From the NCBI GenBank assembly GCA_965219085.1, contig OZ244720.1, forward strand, positions 1,056,001 through 1,120,000: a stretch of 64,000 nucleotides of DNA, given 5' to 3'. The notes under the pieces were generated by a model that saw only the letters and a list, made by a program, of their open reading frames with translations, was not told the origin of the DNA and did no database searches. The stretch comes from Dehalococcoidia bacterium. Lineage in GTDB: Bacteria > Chloroflexota > Dehalococcoidia > UBA2979. Position 1 is the first letter of the stretch; each line of letters opens with the position of its first letter. Positions 30,154-41,808 of this stretch are shown piece by piece. Made by a program: the position numbers and the translations under genes.

Positions 30154-30840
30154 TCAGCGGCGCGCCGACCGCGTGATCGGGGGTGGCCGCAGGTACACCA
30201 CGTCGACAAGCGCGGGGTCGCCGTACGCCTCGTGCAGCCGCGCGAGGCGCACGAGGTCGGCGGCGCGGCGCACATTATCGTCGGGCGGCACGTCGGCGTC
30301 TCCCGTCCGCGCCGCGTCGCGCGCCACGGCCAGCTCGGCCGTCACCTCGCCACACCACAGCGCGCCCGCTGGCGCACCGCGCACGCAGTCCTCGATCGAT
30401 CCGAGCCGCGGCTCGACGAGCGCCGCGGGCACTCCCGCGGTGGCCAGGTACCCGGCCCAGGCCACACGGTTGCCGCCCGCGTCGTGTGCCGCGACGACGG
30501 GGCGAGCGCGGTCGAGGTGCGGGAACGCGGCCAGTTCGAGGCGGGAGACGCCCGCCAGTGGCACGTCGAGCGCGAACGCGAGCCCCTGCGCGGTCGCGAC
30601 GCCACTGCGCAGCCCGCCGTACCCCCCCGGCCCGGCGTCGACCACGATTGCGCCGAGGTCGTCGCGCGCCACGCCGGAGGCGCGCAGCACCGCGTCGATG
30701 CCCGCGAGCAGTTCCCGCGAGTAGTTCGTGTCGACGGTCCAGCGCCGCTCCGCGAGCACCGTGTCGCCATCGACCACACCGAGTACAGCGTCGACCGAGG
30801 CGGTGTCGATGGCGAGTTGGGGCCCGGCCGGGGGTGTCAT
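30154..30840 (-). CDS. tsaB: tRNA t6A biosynthesis protein TsaB
   Basis: LAIDTA, GPGGYGGLRSG (GPGSFTGLR-like), C-terminal YLR; adjacent to tsaE. Confidence 0.88.
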   Translation of the reverse strand: MTPPAGPQLAIDTASVDAVLGVVDGDTVLAERRWTVDTNYSRELLAGIDAVLRASGVARDDLGAIVVDAGPGGYGGLRSGVATAQGLAFALDVPLAGVSRLELAAFPHLDRARPVVAAHDAGGNRVAWAGYLATAGVPAALVEPRLGSIEDCVRGAPAGALWCGEVTAELAVARDAARTGDADVPPDDNVRRAADLVRLARLHEAYGDPALVDVVYLRPPPITRSARR

Positions 30841-31400
30841 CCGCGCCCGCCGAGGCCGTCGACGATGCGGTGATAGCGCTCGCCGATGGCGACGATGGTG
30901 AACCGCCGCTCGTCGGGCGCCTTCGCGTCGGGCTCGATCACGACGAGCAGGTGCTCCTCGGGCAGTGCCTCGAGGCCGCGCTCGGGCCACTCGATAAGGA
31001 GCGCGCCGTCGGCCGACTGCTCGGCGAGCGCGAGTTCGCGCACCTCCTCGACGTCCGTGAGGCGGTACAGGTCGGCATGGTAGAGGGAGCGCGGGCGCTC
31101 CGGCCGCACGTCCTCCTCGGGCAGATCGTGGCGCGCGAGCAGCACGAAGGTGGGGCTCGCGACGGGCCCCGGCACGCCGAGGCCGCTGCCGACGCCCTGC
31201 ACGAGCGTCGTCTTGCCCGCTCCGAGTGGCCCCTGCAGCAGCACGACATCGCCGCGACGCAGCAGACGTGCGAGCCGCCTGCCGAAGGCGCGCGTGCGTG
31301 CCGCGCCCTTCGTCGTCACGAGCATCCGGTTCGCGGTGTGCACGCTCGCCCTCCGGGGCGTCTCGCTAGCCTCGTGCGGTGCGGAGCTGGTCCCAGCCAC
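30837..31400 (-). CDS. tsaE: tRNA t6A biosynthesis ATPase TsaE
   Basis: GPLGAGKTT, SPTF, HADLYRL, IEW. Confidence 0.93.
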   Translation of the reverse strand: MAGTSSAPHEASETPRRASVHTANRMLVTTKGAARTRAFGRRLARLLRRGDVVLLQGPLGAGKTTLVQGVGSGLGVPGPVASPTFVLLARHDLPEEDVRPERPRSLYHADLYRLTDVEEVRELALAEQSADGALLIEWPERGLEALPEEHLLVVIEPDAKAPDERRFTIVAIGERYHRIVDGLGGRG

Positions 31401-32373
31401 CCGAGGGCTGCGCCAGCGGCCGGCCGTCGCTGCCGAGGACCACGACCTCGCCTGGGTGCGCGGCCACGACGCGGCCGATGGTGGTCAGCGCGGCTTCGGC
31501 GGGCGTCAGCGCGCCGAGCGTAGCAGCGGGCGCGGTGAGCGCCAGTTCGTAGTCTTCGCCCCCGCGCAGCGCGAGTTCCAGCGCGTTCTCGGCGTTCAGC
31601 AGCTCGACGGCTGCGGGGTGGAGCGGCACCGCGTCGGCATCCACCTCGATGCCCACGCGCGACGCGCGCGCAACGTGGCCGAGGTCCTGCAGCAGCCCGT
31701 CCGAGATGTCGATGGCGCAGCGCACGCCGGCTTCGACGGCGGCACGGCCAAGCTCGAGCCGCACTGGCGGCCGGCGGTGCGCCTCCACGAGCGGGGCCGC
31801 ACTCTGCTCGGCGGCTCGTCCTGCCTCGATCAGCGCGAGTCCGGCGGCTGCTGCGCCGGGTGTGCCGGACAAGGCGACAAGGTCGCCGGGACACGCCGCG
31901 TCGCGCCGGAGCAACTGCGGCACGCCATCCATGTCGGTCGTGGCGCTGCCGAAGGCGGTGGTGCTGATGCTCGTCGTGGTAGCGGCGGCGACGTTGCCGC
32001 CGGCGACGCGCACCGGGTGGCGCCTGCACGCCGCGGCGACGCCGTCGGTGAACGCGTCGACGTCATCGACTTCGATGTCGGCGCCAAGTTCGGCGGCGAT
32101 CAGCACGTAGCCGGGCTCGGCGCCCATCGCGGCGAGGTCGGAGATCGAGGTCGCCACGGCGCGCCAGCCCACATCGGCGAAGGACATCGTGTCGCGTCGC
32201 CAGTGCGTGCCCTCGGCGAGCGTGTCGACGGTCGCGACGGCGAGGCCGGCGTCGACGGCCCACACGGCCGCGTCGTCGCCCGGGGGGACGACGATATCGA
32301 GCGCGGCAGCCTCACCGAGCCGCGCGACGATGCGGTCGATCAGGCCGAACTCGCCCAGGTCGTCAACGGTCAT
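31366..32373 (-). CDS. thiL: Thiamine-monophosphate kinase
   Basis: GEFGLI, GDDAA, SDLAAMGA, IDISDGL, GGEDYEL. Confidence 0.95.
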   Translation of the reverse strand: MTVDDLGEFGLIDRIVARLGEAAALDIVVPPGDDAAVWAVDAGLAVATVDTLAEGTHWRRDTMSFADVGWRAVATSISDLAAMGAEPGYVLIAAELGADIEVDDVDAFTDGVAAACRRHPVRVAGGNVAAATTTSISTTAFGSATTDMDGVPQLLRRDAACPGDLVALSGTPGAAAAGLALIEAGRAAEQSAAPLVEAHRRPPVRLELGRAAVEAGVRCAIDISDGLLQDLGHVARASRVGIEVDADAVPLHPAAVELLNAENALELALRGGEDYELALTAPAATLGALTPAEAALTTIGRVVAAHPGEVVVLGSDGRPLAQPSGGWDQLRTARG

Positions 32374-32508
32374 GCCTGCAAGTCTAAGGCTCCTGTCCGG
32401 CAGGCACCGGGACGGAGCGCGATGTCAGGTGTTCACCCGCGGCCGCGAGGTCGTCAGCCGCAAGCGGCTCTGCGCAAGTTGCACATCGGCTCGTCAGGAC
32501 AACGGCCT

Positions 32509-32985
32509 CTAGGAGGTGGACTGCTCCTCGCTGCGCCTCCTCTGGACCTCCTCCTCAGCAACGCGGATCAACTCCAGACCACGCACGGCAGCTTCGAGTT
32601 GCTCGGCGTCGAGCAGTCTCACTGCCGGCAGGATCCGCTCCTGCCCAATGCGCCAGAACTGGTCCATGGCGTCCAGACCCGTGGAGGTCAGCTCGCAAAT
32701 CACGACCCTGCGGTCAGACGGGTACGATGCACGCTGCACCATGCGCTTCTCGACCAGGCGGTCCACAACCGAGGTCGTCGCGGAGAGAGACGTGCCGAGG
32801 TGGCTGGCGATCATCCCCATCCGGGCAGGGCCGTGCTCCTCAAGGAACGCCAGCGTCTTGATCTGGGGGTTGGTCATACCCAATTGCGCCCAGTCGTCCA
32901 GGCGGGCGCTCAGGGTTCGGCGGTTCAAATACTCGACCGCGTCCACGAATCGATCGACCAGCGCTTGATCGTTGTCTGTTTCCAC
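32509..32985 (-). CDS. MarR-family transcriptional regulator
   Basis: TSVVDRLVEKRMVQR...DRRVVICELT. Confidence 0.88.
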   Translation of the reverse strand: METDNDQALVDRFVDAVEYLNRRTLSARLDDWAQLGMTNPQIKTLAFLEEHGPARMGMIASHLGTSLSATTSVVDRLVEKRMVQRASYPSDRRVVICELTSTGLDAMDQFWRIGQERILPAVRLLDAEQLEAAVRGLELIRVAEEEVQRRRSEEQSTS

Positions 32986-33252
32986 GCGCTTCCCCCTCTG
33001 GAACCCGCCCGGCGCCGGCAGCCCAGACCTTGGACGCCGACCCCCGCACACTCTAGCGCCACTCACGGATATGGTGTTCGAGGCGGCTCATCGCTCAGGA
33101 TTGCTGCTGACCATCCGTAGTGAGCGACAGTAGCGTAGTCCGAAGGAGTGGACTGCGGAACCGCACAATCGAGCCATATGCTGCGAGCCCGCCGCCCCGA
33201 CGAAATCAAACCGTCCGTTCACTGGGCGGCAGGGCCTGACGCAGCCGATAAA

Positions 33253-36126
<2,874 letters not shown>

Positions 36127-36314
36127 TGGTCTGCCTCGGGCGTTGGGGGAGCGTGGAGGTTGCTCCGGGGAGTTGTCGCCATTCTACCAGTGCGGGCGGT
36201 TACACGGGTGCCTGCAAGGGCTCAATCGCCGTTGGCCGGGCCCGGTTTCCCGTCTCTCAGCGATGTCCCAGCGATCGCTTGTCACTGCGGGAGTGACGCT
36301 TCACCCGCAGCGAG

Positions 36315-37523
36315 CTACGCGGCTTGCTCGAACTGCCTCCGGACCTGGCCTGACCCAACAAAGTGAGAGAGCAGCCGGTGGTTTGCCGTCTCATGGCGGA
36401 TGCGTCCCGCGACGATCGCGGGATGCACTCCGATCCGGTGCGCGAGACCGATCACTGCCATCCCGGTGGGTGCCTCGAGCAGCCCACTCGCCTCCCATTC
36501 GGTCTGGGGAATCAGCGCCTCCTGCGCCCAGGCGTCGGCCTCTGCCTCACGGTCGTGGTATCCATCCCCAGGCCTGGACGGCAGCGCGAGGTCATCGATG
36601 AACGCGTCGTGCTCACCGCCGTCAAGGTGCAAGCCTACGTGGGCGAGTTCGTGGAGCAGCGTGAACCAGAAATTGTCGATGCGGTCATAACGGAGCGTGA
36701 GACCGATCACCGGGTGACCGTCGCTGAGCCGGAGCGCCGCGCCGTCCAGGTGCGTGCGCGGGAGATGCTCGACGATCTCGAGGGCGATGCCGTGTTCGCG
36801 CAAGAAGCCCCGCGCCTGCACAGGGCCGTCCTCGGCGGGGCTCAAACTCGCAAGCTCCTGCAGAAAGTCAGGTGTGACAGTGCCGGGGCCGCACGCGTGA
36901 TCTGGGGGGTGGCTGTTCGCCTCGGCCATGACTTGCCAGCACCACGCGCTCAGCGCGTACGCATCTGTCTTCGCGTTGATGCGCTGATGGTCGTTCTTCC
37001 GGTACAAGGCCGCGACGGCGGCCGGCTGCACACCCGCGCGCCCGGCGAGCTCGTGGATCAACTGCTCGGCATTGCCACGCAGATCGGCAACATCGCGAAT
37101 CCAGCTGCGCTTTGCCATCTGCTTGAGCGGGAACTTGCGGAAATCGATCGCGGTGGCGTCGCCTCCGGGCTCCCGGAGGAGCACCTCGGCGGGGATTCGC
37201 AGGTGATCGCGCAGGGCGCGTGCCATCGGCATGGTGATCGCGCGCTTCCCAGAGAGCACCTCGGAGACCCGGGCGGCGCTCCCGATCATCGGAACCAGGT
37301 CGCGACGACTCAGCCCGGCCTGGTCCATGCGGAACTCGATGGCGGCTACGGGATCCGGGTACCCGAACGTCTCTCGCTTCGACTCGTACAGCTCGACGAG
37401 ATCCGCGAGCACATCGAGCTCGTCGCTCTCCGGGGTGCCTTCCCCGGCATCGAAGATCTCCTCGATGCGGGCGAGCGCGCGATCCAGATCCGCGTCGGTG
37501 CGGATTGGCCTGAGGGCTTGCAT
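36315..37523 (-). CDS. higA: HigA-type HTH antitoxin fused to an ImmA/IrrE-like metallopeptidase
   Basis: PDPVAAIEFRMDQ, RVSEVLSGKR; RYDRIDNFWFTLLHELAH. Confidence 0.88.
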   Translation of the reverse strand: MQALRPIRTDADLDRALARIEEIFDAGEGTPESDELDVLADLVELYESKRETFGYPDPVAAIEFRMDQAGLSRRDLVPMIGSAARVSEVLSGKRAITMPMARALRDHLRIPAEVLLREPGGDATAIDFRKFPLKQMAKRSWIRDVADLRGNAEQLIHELAGRAGVQPAAVAALYRKNDHQRINAKTDAYALSAWCWQVMAEANSHPPDHACGPGTVTPDFLQELASLSPAEDGPVQARGFLREHGIALEIVEHLPRTHLDGAALRLSDGHPVIGLTLRYDRIDNFWFTLLHELAHVGLHLDGGEHDAFIDDLALPSRPGDGYHDREAEADAWAQEALIPQTEWEASGLLEAPTGMAVIGLAHRIGVHPAIVAGRIRHETANHRLLSHFVGSGQVRRQFEQAA

Positions 37524-37525
37524 TC

Positions 37526-37819
37526 CTACACCTCCTCGGCGTCTATGCGGTCATACTCCGCGTGCGTTCCGACGAACTTCACGTACAGAAGTCGCTTCGG
37601 GTAGTTGACCCAGGCCACCAACCGGTAGTCATTCCCCTTGATGCGGAAGACGACCCGGCCGCTCCCGATGATGCTGGCCCGCGGGTACCGAGCCAGGAGG
37701 TCCGTCGGCGTTGCCCAATCCTCCTGCTCGACTTCCCGGTACCACGCGAGGAGAGAAGCCTCCGCCGCAGCATGTCGCTCCCAAAATATTCTCAGTGTAC
37801 GTTTGGACAGTATACGCAC
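37526..37819 (-). CDS. higB: HigB (RelE-fold) toxin
   Basis: MRILSKRTL, VFRIKGNDYRL, FVGTHAEYD. Confidence 0.92.
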   Translation of the reverse strand: MRILSKRTLRIFWERHAAAEASLLAWYREVEQEDWATPTDLLARYPRASIIGSGRVVFRIKGNDYRLVAWVNYPKRLLYVKFVGTHAEYDRIDAEEV

Positions 37820-37942
37820 GTTCTATCAATTCCGCTACAGAGTTGCGCAGTACTCCACTCCCAACGGTTGATATTGTACTTGTGAGTGGACGCCTGAGCG
37901 AGAGGCTGGCAGTACGTGAGCCTCCTGAACCCGGATCGCACC

Positions 37943-38455
37943 TCATTCCGAACGATCTGCTGTCCACCCGGCTCCGACATCCCCGTGCCCGCCGGCCGCC
38001 GCCTCCATCCGCGCCACGTACCCCTCCGGCAACCCCGCCTCCGCCGCCCCTCGCAGCATCGTCCCGAGGTACGCCCCCGAGGGGGCGATGTGCGCCGCCT
38101 CCCGTGTCGCGACCTGGTAGGCGAGGCAGGCGAGGGCGGCGCCGTCAGGCGTGGTCACGGTCACCTCGATGCGGCGGTAGTGCGCCGGGTCGAGGTGCAG
38201 GCCCTCCTGGCGGTCGAGCGCGGCGCGCTCGGCGAGCGGGATGCGCCAGACGGCTCCCCACACCTCGGCGCCCGGCGCCTCGATGATGTCGGCCACGCCG
38301 CCGTCCCAGCGGGTGCTGCGACGCGTGAACGCGAGGCGGTAGCCGGGAAGCCGGGCGGTGGTGACGAAGACAGCCGAGGAGCAGCTCCCGCGCAGGCGCG
38401 ATCCGAGGAGGTTCGAGCCGTAGCCGAAGTACGCGAAGGTTCCGGCGTCAGTCAG
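37943..38455 (-). CDS. Gamma-glutamylcyclotransferase family protein
   Basis: YFGYGSNL, GGVADI, VWG, LDRQEG, PSGAY; start inferred from overlap with upstream stop. Confidence 0.8.
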   Translation of the reverse strand: MTDAGTFAYFGYGSNLLGSRLRGSCSSAVFVTTARLPGYRLAFTRRSTRWDGGVADIIEAPGAEVWGAVWRIPLAERAALDRQEGLHLDPAHYRRIEVTVTTPDGAALACLAYQVATREAAHIAPSGAYLGTMLRGAAEAGLPEGYVARMEAAAGGHGDVGAGWTADRSE

Positions 38456-39161
38456 CGGGCGCCTCGCGGCACGCCGCCACGAACGCCTCGAAGAGCGGGC
38501 GCTGGTCCGCGGCCTCGTCGCGCTCTGGGTGCCACTGCACCGACACGGCCCACCGCCTGTCGGGGCGCTCGAGGGCCTCGACGACGCCGTCCCCGGTGGT
38601 GGCGACGACGTTGAGTCCGTCCGCGACGCGGTCCGTCGTCACCGCCTGGTGGTGGCGCGAGTTGACCCGCAGGGTGCGGTCCCCAAAGACCGAGGCCAGC
38701 AGGCTGCCGGGCTCGACCGTCACGTCGTGCCACCCGGAGTCGATCGCGTCGCCCTCGCCGCGCCGGGCGCGATGCGGCTCACGCTCGTGGATGTGCTGGA
38801 GGAGCGAGCCGCCGGCGAAGACGTTGAAGAGCTGGTGGCCACGACAGATGGCGAGCACCGGCACGTCGCGCTCGAAGGCGTCGGCGAGCACCGCCGATTC
38901 GAAGTCATCGCGGTCGGGCGCGATCCCGCGCACGTACTCGCTCTGCTCCTCGTCGTAGCGGCCCGGGTCGACGTCGACTCCGGCGGTCACGACGACGCCG
39001 TCGTAGGCGGGCAGCGTGCGGTTGTCCTCCCACACCGCCTGGTCGTAGGCGACGGGCTCGGCGCCGGTCTCGGCGAGGCGGTCGGTGTAGTCCTCGAAGC
39101 GCTCGCCCATCACTTCCTCGGCGCGGGTCACCAGGATGCGCGGTCGGTCGGCGGGGCTCAT
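38448..39161 (-). CDS. Class I glutamine amidotransferase / gamma-glutamyl-gamma-aminobutyrate hydrolase (PuuD-like)
   Basis: PVLAICRGHQ, VNSRHHQ, VQWHPE. Confidence 0.9.
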   Translation of the reverse strand: MSPADRPRILVTRAEEVMGERFEDYTDRLAETGAEPVAYDQAVWEDNRTLPAYDGVVVTAGVDVDPGRYDEEQSEYVRGIAPDRDDFESAVLADAFERDVPVLAICRGHQLFNVFAGGSLLQHIHEREPHRARRGEGDAIDSGWHDVTVEPGSLLASVFGDRTLRVNSRHHQAVTTDRVADGLNVVATTGDGVVEALERPDRRWAVSVQWHPERDEAADQRPLFEAFVAACREAPAD

Positions 39162-39257
39162 CGGGCAGGTGCGGACGGGCGCATGGCCGGAATCCTCGCC
39201 GGGTCGCAACCGACGAGCAGCCTGCGAGGCGCTCGCCGGTCGGCTGGTACACGGGGA

Positions 39258-39334
39258 TGGTCGGGGTGCGCAGATTTGAACTGCGGACCTCGTCGTCCCG
39301 AACGACGCGCTCTTCCAAGCTGAGCTACACCCCG
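39258..39334 (-). tRNA. tRNA-Pro(CGG)
   Basis: CGGGGTG acceptor stem, anticodon arm CGTCG-TTCGGGA-CGACG, GTTCAAATC T-loop, encoded CCA. Confidence 0.97.
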
Positions 39335-39447
39335 GGGAGCGCGGAACCGCGCTCGCAGAACGATCGTAGCACCCGCGCGGAGACAGCGTCGAGGCGACGC
39401 GCGTATGATCCGTAGCGAATGGTGGGGGGAAAGGCCGCACTGCGCGG

Positions 39448-40992
39448 ATGCCCCCGGTTGCACTGTCCTCCCTTCGCAGGCTCATCGCATCGGCGTCGGC
39501 ACGGCGCGCGGCAGCCTTCGTCGCGCTTGGCACGGTCGTGGTGCTCGGCGCGATCGCCGGGTCGACGCCCGGCGAGGCGCAGCGCGTGGACCTCGGCGAG
39601 GAGAACTCGTGGCTGCGCATCCAGAATGTCGGCATCCGCCCGGCCACGATCGAGATCGAGTTCTTCAACCTGGACGGCCGCGCGGTCGCGCGCGACTACT
39701 GCCCTCGCGACGACGCGTGCGAGGCGTTGCCGCCCGGGTTCGGGTGGTCGTTCTTCCAGCAGGGATACCGGCCGCTCGAGGCGGGATACCGCGGCTCGGC
39801 CGTCGCGACGGTGGACCAGCCGTTCGTCGGCCTGCTGGCGCGCGACGTGTTCAAGGATGGGCTATTCCAGATCGGCGGCGACTCGTTGCGCCTCAGCGTC
39901 GGCAGTGCGGCGCAGTACGCACCTATCGTGCAGAACACTGCCGAGTACGTATCGCGCCTCTCCGTGGCGAACCTGAGCGACGAGCACGCCGCGTGCTTCC
40001 AGATCCTGTACTTCGACGAGGGCTCCACGCAGCCCATCCTCGACCCGCCAGGGCGGACCGCAGGCTGCTCGGCGGGAGGCTGGCTCGTCGCGCCGCGCGG
40101 CGCGCTGCTGCGCGACGAGCACGACCTGCCGGTGCCGATGGGCTTCGACGGCTCGGCCATGGTGATCGCGCTGCGGACGTCCGCGGGCGTGCGGGCGGAC
40201 GAGCAGTTGCCCTCGCTGATGGTCGACACGCGTGAGCGAAACGGGCCCGGCCTGGCGACGTACCGCGCCTTCGACGCCCTGGAGCTGAGCCGCGAGATCG
40301 TGCTGCCGCTGGTCGACCGCAACGCCAGCGAGGGGCGCACGACGTGGACCACGCGCTTCCGCATCTTCAGCAGCGTCGGCGAGGCGAACGAGGTGGAGCT
40401 GCTCTTCACGGGCCGTGACGACACGGGCGCCGAGATCGAGATCGAGCACAGCGTGCAGGTGGCCTCGGTGCTGACGTGCGACCAGCGTCTCGACGGCGCC
40501 GGGGGGTGCCTGCCGGACGAGGTAACGCTGCCGGACGTGTTCTTCGGGTCGGTGCGCGCGCGCGCCACCCATCCCATCGCGATCGTCGCCCAGCGACTCG
40601 CGGACGACGGCGCGCTGGCCGACTACCGGGGGTTCACCGCCGAGGAGGCCGCGCGGGAGGTCATGCTGCCGGTGCTCAACAAGAACTTCGGGCCGTGGGG
40701 CGACTTCGTGGGCTGGAACTCGTGGTTCCGGGTCGCCACGTTCGACGGCTCCGAGGGCTCCATGCACGTCATCTACTTCTCGAAGCAGTTCCCGAACGGG
40801 TTGCTCTCACGGGTGGTTAGAGTGGACGGGCAGCGGACGCTGCGCCAGTGGGAAGAGCGGCGCCTGCCCGACGGCTGGGTCGGCAGCGCGATCGTCATCG
40901 CCGACCGCCCCGTCGTCGCCGTCGCGAACCTTGAGAGCGACGTGTTCGAGGGCGACCCGGTGATGCTCTACAACGGCGTGAGCCTCAAGTAG
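39448..40992 (+). CDS. Secreted beta-rich hypothetical protein
   Basis: Signal peptide; repeated beta modules (SWLRIQN, SRLSVAN, TRFRIF, SWFRVA) with paired Cys. Confidence 0.75.
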   Translation: MPPVALSSLRRLIASASARRAAAFVALGTVVVLGAIAGSTPGEAQRVDLGEENSWLRIQNVGIRPATIEIEFFNLDGRAVARDYCPRDDACEALPPGFGWSFFQQGYRPLEAGYRGSAVATVDQPFVGLLARDVFKDGLFQIGGDSLRLSVGSAAQYAPIVQNTAEYVSRLSVANLSDEHAACFQILYFDEGSTQPILDPPGRTAGCSAGGWLVAPRGALLRDEHDLPVPMGFDGSAMVIALRTSAGVRADEQLPSLMVDTRERNGPGLATYRAFDALELSREIVLPLVDRNASEGRTTWTTRFRIFSSVGEANEVELLFTGRDDTGAEIEIEHSVQVASVLTCDQRLDGAGGCLPDEVTLPDVFFGSVRARATHPIAIVAQRLADDGALADYRGFTAEEAAREVMLPVLNKNFGPWGDFVGWNSWFRVATFDGSEGSMHVIYFSKQFPNGLLSRVVRVDGQRTLRQWEERRLPDGWVGSAIVIADRPVVAVANLESDVFEGDPVMLYNGVSLK

Positions 40993-41025
40993 GCTGCGGC
41001 TGCCGCTGAGGCGCCAGCCACACAG

Positions 41026-41525
41026 TTGACACAGAAGCACGCCGAGCCCGATGCCGACTGGAGCGCGAGGATCCTGCCGCGAGCACGCTTCTTCCCGGCG
41101 GCGCCCCGCGTCGGGCGCTGGCTGGTCAGCACCCCTCTGACGGTCGCTGTGCCGGAGGTCGCGGTGCTGGACTTCGTCGGCAGCCGGGAGTCGGATCGAG
41201 CGGCGCTCGTGGCGCTCTATGAGGCGACGAACGGGGAGAACTGGCGCACAAACACGAACTGGCTTACAGATTCGCGCTCGGTGAATGGTACGGCGTGACC
41301 ACGGACACCAGTGGCCGTGTCGCGTGGTTATTCCTCGGCGCGAACGAGCTCAGGGGGCCGATTCCGCCGGAACTTGGCGCCTCACCTCGCTCACTCGGCG
41401 CACCCAGCGGCCTCGACCATCTGGGGCTCGCCAACAACGTCGAACTCTCGGGTTGTGTGCCGCTCTCCCTGCAAGCCGTCAGCTACAACGACTTCCTCGA
41501 GCTCGGCCTGCCCTTCTGCGAGTAG
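41026..41525 (+). pseudogene. Collapsed remnant of an LRR surface protein
   Basis: Contains ILPRARFFP..VGRWLVSTPLTV, DRAALVALY..NGENW cap, one LRR and the GCVP...LGLPFC end; frameshifted. Confidence 0.8.
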
Positions 41526-41562
41526 CTCCCCCTCGCGCTGTGCTCGACGGCGGGCGCGCTCG

Positions 41563-41680
41563 ATGCCCGACAACAGCGTGATGACCACCGCCGAGGTCCT
41601 CGAGCGCTCCGCCGCGTGGCCTGCCAGCGGCGTCTGCGCCGACGGCTCGTGCAGCGGTAACCGCGGCTCCGGGCGGCGGG
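41563..41680 (+). pseudogene. Degenerate copy of the rnhA 5' end
   Basis: MPDNSVMTTAEVLE...ASGVCADGSCSGN versus MPDNGRMTTAEVVE...ASGVFTDGSCSGN at 46697. Confidence 0.85.
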
Positions 41681-41808
41681 GGCGCCGCGTGTCCTGGTCC
41701 CGCGACTCGGCCGCGACTCCATAGAGGCTCGCATCGGAGCGAGCCTGGAGTAGGCTGCCGCCGAGGGCTCGGCCGGACGGCTGGCGCAGCAGCGACACGG
41801 GAACGGCG

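Noticed and set aside
32388-32419. Hairpin upstream of thiL considered as a TPP riboswitch
   Set aside because: Lacks the conserved GCUGAGA and other TPP motifs; probably a simple hairpin or terminator.
39258-39334. tRNA-Pro as an integration site of an island
   Set aside because: No duplicated tRNA 3' end or integrase was seen.
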